Shown here: piece after piece, positions 12,401 through 24,400 of the stretch
Numbering within the stretch: the stretch's first letter is position 1
How the letters are laid out: each line of letters begins with the position of its first letter
From: Gekko japonicus
Taxonomy: Eukaryota
Direction: 5' to 3'
DNA length: 64,000 nucleotides
Assembly: GCF_001447785.1 (NCBI RefSeq)
Contig: NW_015175367.1
Location: 901,369 to 965,368 of the forward strand
The notes under the pieces: model-generated
Databases searched by the model: none
What the model saw: only the letters and a program-made list of their open reading frames with translations
Told to the model about the DNA's origin: nothing
Program-made: the position numbers and the translations under genes

Positions 12401-15400
12401 GCACACTTCTATTTCCCTGAAGTTATGCTAGATTGTCATTAGCTATTCAGGAGAAAGTAGTGTTTTTAAAGTTATGTTATATTGAAATGAACTTTCAGTG
12501 ATCTATGGTATCTTTCTGTAGATTATTTAAGAATAAACACATTATCTGTTTTTAAGATTACAGAGAGATCCTCCTCCAGGCTTTACCCCAGCTGACTACT
12601 CTAGATGGCAAGAATATATTTGGTGAACCAGTAAACACTGTGGAAGCAAATCCATCAGATCTGATGAGCTTTGAAGGCCTTTTGGATTGTTTGGCTTCAT
12701 CCCACTCCCCCACAGATGAAGAGGAGGTATTGTGACCAGTGTTCCCTCTAAGCTGAGTTAGTGTGAGCTAGCTCACACTAACTCAGCTTAGAGGGAACTT
12801 TGATTGTGACTATTACTTGTTATGTCTAAAACATAAAAGTAGGATGTATGCTTCCGTATGCTATTTATGTTTTTTTTGTCCTTTTTAAATAGACGTGTGC
12901 TCATTTACCTGTGATAACGCCCCGTATTGACCAGGTGTTAGCTCATTTTCGCCAGCGTACAAGTATGCCATCTTGGCCCACAACGAGTGTTTCCACTGAG
13001 CTGGTATCCTCTTCAGAGACAGAAACGATGAAACTTGCCAATGACTTATACAATGACACAAGGATAAAAAAATTAGAGGATCAAATATCGCATCTATTGG
13101 AAAAGGTAATAGGTTTAAGGAGAGGTGTGCCCTCTAATCAAACTTGGTAAAAAAAATATATGTATTTACAAGTCTGATGCACTTGGCCAAATTAAACATA
13201 ACCAACATTTGATTTATTAAATTTTTACCCCGCCCTCCTGGCCAGGGCCGGCTCAGGGCGGCTTATAAAAGCAGCGTAAAATTACAGTAAAATTGCAATA
13301 AGGTACATTAACAACAATATTAATAATAAACAATTCTGACTATTCATATTAAAACATATTAAAATGATAGTATCGGTATCAATAATTCACAGTGGTTGTT
13401 ATTACACGAGCTCTTTATTTTCAGTCGGCTCTTGTTCTTTTAGATCAACTTAGACGGCTATCTCAGGCTATGAGTTGAATCCCAGGAGAACAGGGCTCTC
13501 CCACTTTAAGCCATCAGCTGTTAATAATTAGTGGTTAGTGGTGGCGGCGGCTCCAAAGGTCTGGTGGAAGAGCTCCATTTTACAGGCCCTGCGGAACTGT
13601 AAAAGGTCCCACAAGCCCCTGGTCTCTTCTCATTCCACCAGAGTGGAGCTGCCACCGAAAAAGCCCTGGCCCTGGTTATTGATAGCCTGACCTCCTAGAG
13701 TGTGCCCCGATATGCGGGTGGTATTTGCAGACTCTTGAGAATTCTTTGGCAGACAAGTTGATTGGGAGCAGGGGAGCCCTGATCTTAGAATTCTAGTTGT
13801 CTGACCAAAAAGAACCCAAAAAAACCCCACCAAAAACACATGCAAATAGATCTGGGAATGTTATTTTTGTTCCAGCGAACTGACCGAGAGGGAAAGGCAA
13901 TGATGTTGTTAGTCCTACATAGTCCATGTCGTTCATCTTGCAATCTCTGGATGATGTTTCTGCTAGTATGCTGCTTTAATTTGTACCAGTCTACAATTAA
14001 TTTAAACAGGAGAGGACAGCTCAGCTTACTGTACCATATTTGTCATGATTCATGTGGTTAGCAAGCACATATCAAAACTGAAAGACATTGTCTATTTTTA
14101 TTTAAGAGATTTCAAAGCTATCTTTCCACCTAACAAGGTTCTCAGTGGCTAACAAGAAAAAAATGCAGAAGTAGCATATAAAACACACAACATTAAACTG
14201 TAGTGGTAGAATCCACAACATTTCAGAGCCTTGACAACAGCAATACTGTACCCAATATATAAACCAGACTGGGTGGTCTATAGGGATGATGCTAATCTCT
14301 CTTTATGGGGAATTCCACAGATTGGGGTTGACAACCAAAAAGGCCCTCCCTTGGGTTCTGGTCAACCTTCTCCTAAAGGGGTTGATGATATGGTCACAGT
14401 GATCCATGCTCTGATTACACCTGGATTAAGCTTGCTGTAATGGGCTCTGTGTGGGCTGCCTTTGAAAACTGTCTGGAAATTTCAGCTAGTCCAAAATGTG
14501 GTAGCCAGGCTACTTTCAGGGGATGGATACAGGGATCGTATCACTCCTGCACTAAAAGATCTGCACTGACTGCCCGTTTGTGTTGGGCACAACTGCACTG
14601 CCTGCCTGTTTGTGTTGGGCACAATTCAAACTGCTGGTTCTTTCTGTCAAGGTCCCAAAGAAGTTCTTGAAGTACTGCCTCCTCCTGTATTGTCCAGTCC
14701 ACCAGCTAAGATCATCCTGGCTGTGTCCCCACCCACAGATGTGAGGCAGGTGGTGACCAAAGATGGACCATTTTCAGTGGTGGCACCTTGCCTGTGGGAT
14801 GCCCCCCTTCTTGTGGTTCCCCTGATGCTCATGCTACTCTCTTTCAAGTGCCAGGCCAAAAATGTTTCTTTTTATCCTGGCTTTTAGTTAATGGGTTGAT
14901 TTTAATGCCACTTTATAGCTAGCTTTTTAGTCTGAAAACAGTTTAAAATCCATTTTAGCCTGCTTAGTATGCTCTGGCAGATTTGTTAATGCTGAGTTTC
15001 AGTTAACTTTTCTGGTGTGTTACATTTTATTTTGTAAGCTACCTTGGACAGGTTCCCTGGAGAGGCAGCATAGAAATGCACTAAATAAAAACAAATAAAT
15101 AATAGTTGTAGGAATGCACACTGTATGGCTCTTGAAGCCCAGGTATATTAGCACAGGAAGAGGAAGTCTTTCAAATAGTCTGGACCTAAGCTAATTAGGC
15201 CTTTAGAGGTCAGAACCGGCACCTTGAATTAAATAAATAGATTGGGAACCAGTGTACCCATACTGACTGAGCCAGTAATGCTGCAATCATTATGGCATGT
15301 TTCTGTAAGAACTCTTGCAGCTGTATTTTTGAGCCAACTGCAGTTTCCCCCAACTGTCTTCAAAGGTCAGCCTCATATAGAACATGCTATAGTAGGCTAA

Positions 15401-18400
15401 TCCTGGGCCCCGGTCACACGGAGCATTTGCCACGTTAAAGAGACGGATGATAGGCGGATTTTCCGGGCACGGTCACACCGCAACATCTGGGAGGCGTAGT
15501 GCTCCCGTGGCTAACCCGTGACTTCCCGCCGAAGATGCGGCTTAAAAAACTAGTACCTGCGAGGTACTAGTTTCCGAACAACGTGGGGCAAGGGTGGGCA
15601 TCTGATCGTGTCCCGTCCTAGTCCCGTCGCAAACCGGTTACTTCCCCCCCCCCCAGTCTGCACAGGATGCGCACAGATGATCATGCGCATGCGCACCTGG
15701 TGAAAAAAAATATTTCCAATTGCCACGGAAGCAACGCCTAGCGATTGTTGGTGTGATTGCACCGCGCTGCTTCTTTGCCGCGCTGCAGATTGGTCATGTG
15801 ATTGGCACCTTCCCCCTAACCACGGGACCTCCACGGGATGTCTGATCGGGCAGCCGCGTGTTACTTTGCTCCGGGGCAAACAGCCACTTCCCCCCCGCAT
15901 TTTCCGGCCGGTGTGACCGGGGCCCTGGATGTTAACAGCTGGGTTTGGCTTGCTCCATTTGTTGTTTGTGTGTGATTTGAAAGCTTATCATGACCTTACC
16001 ATAAAAGTATAAATCTACCGCAGTTTTTCCCACTTGGTTGCCTCTGTACTTAACTCTGAAAGAGTTACTGTTTGAATAATCTCATCAGTGACTTTTGTTC
16101 TGATAGTGCTGCCTAGAGTCAACCTGAAACAGCATAATCTCTCTTAATAGAAATAACTAGTCTTTAGGTTGCAGTGCAAATGACATACTTGTAAGTCTAT
16201 TTCAAAAGCACTGAAGCTCACAAAAGGTTGAGAAGCATAAGCTTGAGAACCAGAAGTACTGCATTTTTTCTGTTGCTTGGCTTTAAAAGAGATTTTAGAG
16301 CTACTACAGTTGCACAGATGATTCAGTTCGAAATGGCTTCCAATATAAAGTTACCACTTTTACTCTATAGACCTTTATGTCTAAAACTGACGGATCTGAC
16401 ACTCAATTAGGACAAGAAGTACTGTGGATTCTGAATCCGTTCTCTTATTTTTAGGTGATATACTCTTCTGCAAAAAGTAGCAGTGATGTGAATGTTCTTA
16501 AGGCAAAAAAAGACACAGATCTCACTTCAGGGAGTGATGGTGAAAAAGAAAACAGCAGAAAGGTGGCAAAAAGAAGCAAAATCCCTAATTATCGCAAAGC
16601 AACTTTATCTACCAAACACCGTTTTCAGAGGGGCAAAGTCTCGGACAGGTACCTTCTGCTACAACCCCCCCCCCCAACATGGGGAGGGGAGACTTGGGTG
16701 TGTCTTGATAAAATGAAGCTAAATGTTCTTCTGTGAGAAGTTTGAAACTTATTACATCTTGTCCCACAATACTAATAGTAACATTGCTAACTTGGCAATC
16801 TTGCACACACGGTACGGGGGGGATGAGTAATTGTGGGGATGGGGATAATTGGAAGATCCCTCTTGCCTTATAGTGCTAGATGCCTGAGCTCTGGGGCTAG
16901 GGGAGTACTGTCGTGCCTAGCTGTAAACCTGCAATCCAGGGCAACTGCCCTGTAATGCTGACTGTGAAGGGTTTGTGGGTCAAAGTTGCTTGTGGTGCCC
17001 CATATCAGGAAGGTACAATGCTTGAAGAGGGGATTCTTCTCTTTCCTTGGTTTTGTTGTACAAGGGTCTGCGCACACACCCCAGTCTCCGTTTGTTCCCA
17101 TTCATATAGTTAATTCTCTTTGTGCAAAGAATATCTGTATTCCAGTGTTATCATAAACCTCTGTGTCATTTTAGTGGAGAAGAGCGGGTTTCTATAAAAT
17201 CAAAAAAATTAGGTGCTCAAGTCAAAGAGGAAGAAGATTCCAGTTTACTTTCTGATGTACCAAGTTTGGAAGTAGTGGGGAAATCACCCAAGAAACTGAT
17301 GGCTGGGCAGAAGAGCCCAGTGAAAAAACTAAAAAGTTTAGATTCAAGTATTCCAGAGGAGTCAACTTACAGGGTACTTCTGGTTTCTTGTTTTGAGAGA
17401 ATGACTACTTAGTTTTCAGATCTGCTTTCCTTTTATTTATAAGCTTCATTGACCAAAGGTCTTAAGCCAGACATACAGACAAACAACTACAAAACACATT
17501 ACATATCACTGCAAGATAATTTAGACCAAAATATTTTAGAAATAGAAAGCAAATAATCATACTCATAAGCAAAATTAATAGGCAGCAATTTATAAAATTC
17601 CATAAAATGCCATGGTATTATAAAATTTAGCTTTAAAATTATTATACGTAAAGCTACATAGATCATTTCAAAGGCGTTTTAAAAATAACACTATTGATAG
17701 ATATTTTGCCACCAAGCGAGTTGTTTCAGGGTTCTCATCTGCTAACAATAAAGTTATCACCCAAGATTCTACTGGTAGGTGATATCTATACAAAATAGGA
17801 GTAATCCAACAGGCTCTGGGGCCAATCCACTGGCGGCAAAATAGCATGTTTTCAGATCTGCAGTAAATCTAGCATTAGTGAACAAAAGAAGTTTAGAACA
17901 ATTTCGGAGTGCAAATGTCTTTACAGTGTTAGGGGTTGATATCTTTGTAATCCAATAGAAATATTAAGGTTTCTAAGAGCTTCATAGATTAAGATGCAGA
18001 AAGAGAATTTAGGAATGATGCTATAGTTCTGTACCCTTTTTTGAGAGCCAGCGTAGTGTTGAGAGCCAATGTGGTGTGGTGTACTCTAATCTGGAGAGCT
18101 GGGTTTGATTCCCCCCTCCTCCACATGAAGCCAGATGGGTAACCTTGGGGTAGTCACAGTTCTCTCAGAACTCTATCAGCCCGACCTACCTCACAAGGTG
18201 CCTGTTATGGGAAAGGAAGGAAATTTGTAAGCTGCTTTGAGACTCCTTCAGGTAGAGAGAAGCAGGGTATAAAAACCTACTCTTCTTCTTTGTCTACCAC
18301 CACACCTGCTTGTTTAAGGTCCTGATTTGTCTTTTACTTTTAGCTATTAACTAGTTCTGGAGCATTTTTCCTTTTTTTACGGGTAACACAACCAGACCTG

Positions 18401-21400
18401 TGATTCTGGAAAACCAACGTATAAAACACTTATCATACACCTCATCCTATAGCATCACTTGAAGCCTCACCTTTTTATGACTTTTACAATTTGGGTTCCA
18501 TTTTCACCAAGATCATATACTTATAGCAAATGGGAAGTTTGCATGATTAAATGATGCAAAACACTTAATCATTGTGACTGTTCTGTATTCTTAGTGGTAG
18601 AATGTGATAGTTTTCCTTCTTATTCAGGCACTGATTCAGGAACTGGATCAAGAGCGTGAGAGGAGGTGGAAAGCTGAACAAGCTGAAAAGAAACTGAGAG
18701 AAGATATCAAAGAGCTGCAGAGCCATGCAAAAGAAGGAAAGGATATTCAAAGCATGGCTGTGTACACTACGGACAGGTTAGGAACCAGCATGTTAAAAAG
18801 ACTGTAAAAAAGTTATTTAGTTTCACCAGCTATAAAATAGAACACCTTGTAGCCAGTATTCCCTCTAAGCTGAGTTAGTGTGAGCTGGCTCACAGTTTTT
18901 TAGCCTCCAGCTCACAGATTTTTGTTTTAGCTCAGGAAGGATGGCTCCAGAGCAAACTAATTTATGCAGTAGCCACATTGCTCACTCACAACTTTAATGC
19001 CAGTAGCTCACAAAGTAGAATTTTTGCTCACAAGACTCCACAGCTTAGAGGGAGCATTGCTTGTAGTTGTAACATATAATCAGTTCCAGTAGGTAAATCA
19101 GTAAATCCTCAAAATAGGGATGTAGCTCTTCTGATGGGCAGTTTTGGATAAATCTGTGTGCACCTGTTGGAGTGTGTGTGTGTACCACATACTTTGAATC
19201 TGACAACAGATAATGGCAGAGAGGATGTTTAATGGAAAACCTGATAACTTTCGAGTAAGTATGCTGTATAATATCTGATCTTTTTTTCTCACATAACATT
19301 AAATGTATATTGGAAATAAGTACAAAAGCTAATAACTTTTTGAAATTCCACAAAAACTTAAATGCCTAGCTTTTAATGACTGTAAAAGCAATATTTACTA
19401 TATTGTTTTAATAGTGTCCATTGTAAAACTCAGAACAAGAAGATTCTTTATTTCACCCTCTTTTTATAAAGTTTTGTCCATCCAGATCAGTGGGACTTGG
19501 GGAGTAATGCTAAGCACATGAAACTGCCTTATACTGAATCAGACCCTTGGTCCATCAAAGTCAATATTGTCTAATCAGACTGGCAGCAGCTTTCCTGGGT
19601 CTCAGGAAGAGGTCTTCCACATCACCTACTGCCAGGTCCTTTTAACTGGAAATGATGGGGATTAAACCTGGGACCTTCTGCATTCCAAGCAGATGCAATA
19701 CCACTGAGCCACAGCAGCTCTATTTGGAAATAATTCCTAAGTTTTTCAGTGGGACCTCCTCCCAGGAAAGTGTCTTTAGGATTGCAACCATAGCCCTTAG
19801 ACTCACTTTATGTACACTTAAGGCACTTTACCGTTTATGAGATGAATGGTACACTTTTACTATTAATGATGGCCAGAAACTTGTTTTCTTCTTTAAAGAA
19901 AAAGAAAACAGGCTTGCTGAATTTTGTGACCACTATCAAATGTTTTATTGTCTGTGCTTGTGTGAAATCATGGAATAAGCATGGTCATAATATTGGATAA
20001 TTTAAAAGTAGCTCAGAACTAAATAATTTCTCTACAATCTGATTACAGCAGTGCAGAAGGTGAACAGATGCCAGAGTTATGGCAGTATGGGGTTTCTGTA
20101 CATAAAAGGCTGTGTTTGCTTCAAAACACAGATTAATGATCTGCCAAATTAAATTATTTACAGCCCCATCTCCTGAACTTTGAACATTTTCCTGTTGCCT
20201 TCTAACTAGCTCAAGTTTTAGTCCTACTACACTGTTGTGAATAAAATTAATTACTAGCAATGGGCAGATGACAAATGCTGTCACTTTTTAACATTGGATT
20301 TTCTGTCTTCCCCTGAGTGTCCAAAATTACTAAATATTTGTTTTTGGAATACACAACTGTACCTTTCCCAAAAACGATCTCTGCTTAGGCTGTTGCTCTA
20401 AATAATTTAAAACAAACTAAAAGAAAGATTGTGATGCACTAGCTTTGTGTACTACTTTATCAGGCTAAAAGAGCTGGTTTTGAGAGAGAGAAATGCCAAG
20501 ACAAAACTACAGGTTGACATTCAGCAACTGAAAGAGGAAATGGAAAGCCTCCGTAAGGAGCTAAGTCAGTCTAAACAGAAAGAGGCGGATCAACAAAAGG
20601 CACGGCAGACATTAGAAGAAACCTTGTCCAAAATGGAGACACAAAGGGTGCAACAGCAAGCTTCAGAGGTATAGGCTATAATTCTAAGCACTGAAGAGTT
20701 GAGGCTATTGGTGCTCTGGTATAAGTGTCTATCATTGAAATGGCATATTGGTAGATACGGCTCGTGACACAGTTGTGATAAGAGATGCATTTGACCAAAT
20801 TAGTTCCTCCTTTCCAGACAGCCCTAATATCCCTTCCATATTTACTAGTTTTCTAGAGTGCAATTTGGGACAGAACCCGTTAGTATGTGAATCGCCTGTA
20901 AATAAAGGTGAATCACCTTTGTATCTTCTGAGTGGTTGATATTAGCATAGACTAGTAGTACACGTGTGGGCATGGTGGTGCCACATTTGCAGCTATATCC
21001 TAGTACATCCCCATTTACTGTGAAATTCCTCCACATGACTGCAAGAACATGTGGCTGCTTCAGCATAGTCCCTGGACTATGAACCAGCCTTAACACTGAA
21101 CAGCTGCTGAGTGGTACTGGTTAAATGTTTCTAAGCCAACCAATGAAAGAAGTGTTTTGCCAAGCAGGAGCGGAGAAATGGAATACCTTACACAAAGAAG
21201 AAACAGCATTATGTATGGCGTTGATACTTTATTTTTATGCAGGAATTACAGTTTCGTACTGTATTTAACTGGCTTTTCTGAAATCAGAGAGTAGTAAAAT
21301 GAACATAACTATATGTATCCCCTGATGTTTGGTAAAAACTAAAAAAGCAGCTTGTAGTGCTCTCCAGAATGATAACCTTTTTGGTTTTTCCGTGGCATTA

Positions 21401-24400
21401 GGCCTAATAAATCACGAAAGAAGCAATTACAGCAGAATTTGTTTTTTGTTTGTTTGTTTTTTGGCCCCCCGAAGGGGAATTTTTTATTTGCATTTCTATA
21501 AAACTACAACAAAAATTGGGGAGGGAGAGTCTACGATCGATAGGAGAAAGTAAAAAGAACCTAACTAAAAACCCAAGAATGGAGGTTTTACAATGCTTAA
21601 AACATAGTTGTTACTCTTATACAGTTACTTTCAAACATGAAGAGTGCCCGCCAATCATCGCTTCTGCTGACAAAACCAGCTTATCTGACTGAACAGAGAG
21701 TAATTCCAAAGCTATAACACACATAATCACAGCCCTTAAGAAAAAATTAGCATCTCCACGCTGTACTCCCCCCCCCCCCAAGGCAAGATCTTTAAAACCA
21801 ATGTTCCCTCAGTAAGAACATTACAACACGTTTTTCTTCTTCAGTATTCCTTATCTTCACTTCCTTAAACGTCTTAGATCAAAAGAGTCTTTCCTTTTGT
21901 TGCAGTAACAACACTCTCATTGGAGATTCCAACCTTTCTCTTAGCAAGCAGATCTTATAAAATTGGGGTAGCGAGCCCTTTACTCCAGAAAACCGCTTTT
22001 CGATCAGCTTGCCAATCCAGCCACAAAGAACTAAACTTTAGAGTCTCCTTACCATTCATACGTCTCTATGATCAACGTACTGTCCCTTTAAAAGTGTAGC
22101 TGCTTTTAGTACAGATCCAGGTTGCTTCTCACTTTAGCCACCAGAGGGCCCACGATTCACTTTAAAGACAGAGTCTATGGTTAGGTCACGTGACCTAATT
22201 TTCCACTGTCCTCCTTCCTGAAGAAAGCATTGATCCTGCCTCCCTCTTCGCCTCTCATCACCATCTTTTTGGGATGTTTACATCAGCCGAGAGAGAATGC
22301 CAAAGTCTCTAAGGTCTGTTTAAACGCTCAGCTTTCTTTTAGAAAAACTTTCCGCTACAGTCCATCGCCACAATTTGATCAGTTTCTCCATCCTTGCTTT
22401 CGCATTTGCTTAAAACGTCGGGAGATAGGGCGTTCCCCTCCCCCCCTCCGTTTATACGCTTATAGTAGAGGGACTTCACTTCTAGGTTTTAGTGTCTCAT
22501 TTCAATGGCAACTCACTCATCAATCCTTGAATCGATCCCCCTGGTCCTAAGACGGCCCCTGGGATCACGCCAGGCAGAGAAAATCGCTAAACCTCCAAAT
22601 GCTTGTCCCGGTGGTAACTTCTAATCCAGTACTGGGAATCAGGGCAGGACCTTCAGGGCAGAGAGTAGCCCCCCTGTACCGGCTGCCGGCCGGAGGTAGG
22701 GCTCTCCAAAGCCCCCTGGCTAGAAGCCCATTGTCTATGGGCTTCATGGGGGAGTGTGCACAATCACGCTCCCTCCTAATCCCCGATTCATGGCACACGT
22801 CTCTCGGAGGAACCAAGAGACACCGCCATCGTTTAAAGCGCCAAAACCGGAACTCTACAGCAGAATTTGTTGTTATTGTTCCAGAGGTGGCAAGTCTGTT
22901 GCAGGCAATATATAGATGGGAGTCTTGTGGCGATTGAAAGACTAATAGAATTTTATTAGTGTATTAGTGGTATGACCATGTTTCTGTTGTTTTGACTTAA
23001 AATGTGGCACAGATGAAACAAATTCAAGCTGCAGAACTTAAAGCTTCAGCAGCTGAGAGAGAAGTTCAGTTACTTCGAGTATCTCTTCGGCAACAAAAAG
23101 AGAAGATGGAACAAGTCCACGAAGTTCTTACATTAAGAGAGCAGGAGCACAGGTATGTGCTTTATCTAGTTTGTTAGTTTAAAATATTTATATATCTAGC
23201 TTTCTCCCAGGCATCCTAGGACTCAAGGTGGATCATAAATTGCACATTTGAAACTATGGTTAGATAAAAATAGGCAAGTTTATCTTCTTCCCAAACCAAA
23301 TTCCATTGCTGAAAGATTAAACTTTTTGAGCATGACAGAGGAAAGCTAGTATTTCTGTTTGAAGATGTACCGGTGGACTACAGAAGCAGCTCTTCTATCT
23401 GTACTGTAGGAGCCATTTCGCATGAACCAACAAGTCAACATAACCCCTGTTCTCTGCAAGCTAATCCACTGTCATTTGCAGACACTCTTTTTTTTCTTTT
23501 AAGGTAGAGTTCCTTGTTGAATAATGCTACAGAAGAAGGTTGCAGTCTTCATTTTTCTTAGTGTTTAATTTCTTGTTTGTCTTGTAATCTTAGAAAGGAA
23601 CTGGAAGCCAGAGTTAGTTTAAATGGCTCAGAATTCCAAGCTGCTCTGGCAAAAGAAGTGGCTAAAGAGCAACAGAGACATGAACACCATATTAAAGAAC
23701 TAGAGGGTAAAATTAATCTCTTACGCAAGAATTATAAAGATCTAGAAGATGAATTTCGGATTGCGTTAACGATTGAAGCCAAAAGGTTTGCAGAGGTAAG
23801 CAATGGGAGGGGGAAGAAATACTTCGGAATTGCGAGTGCTGTTAAAAGCAGGTTTTTTTATTCCTTTCTTTTTTTGTAGGAATAAAACTGCAGTGATAAT
23901 TTTTCCAGCTGTTGAGGTTAAAACACGTACTTCTATTGAATTGAGATTAAGTGTCTCACATCCATAGGTTAGGTTCTGTGGGTCTGTTCTACAACGGGTG
24001 ATTATCTCCTCTGGTGTAAGGAGCCTTCCCTGACACACGCTGTGCAGCAGGCAACCCAATATTCCTAAAAAACAAAATTAATACTTAATTTTCTACGCAG
24101 TGTGTTCTCTAATACTTATTTTGCTCCTGTTTACTAGGCTTGCTACACTACATTTTATTCCAGAAATTAAGGTACATGAAGATAACCTTAATAAACAGTA
24201 TTTTTTCCTAAAATAGGTTAAAGAGGCCTTTGATAATGTTGCTGCTGAGTTGGCCGAACACAAGCATGCTCTTGTTCAGTCTCGACAAAAAGAAAAGCAG
24301 TCGGCCACTCTGATCCAAGAGCTGACATCCATAGTGAAAGAACAAAAAATTAAGATCACGGAGCTGGTCAAATCGAAACAAGAAACAACGTTGAATTGGA

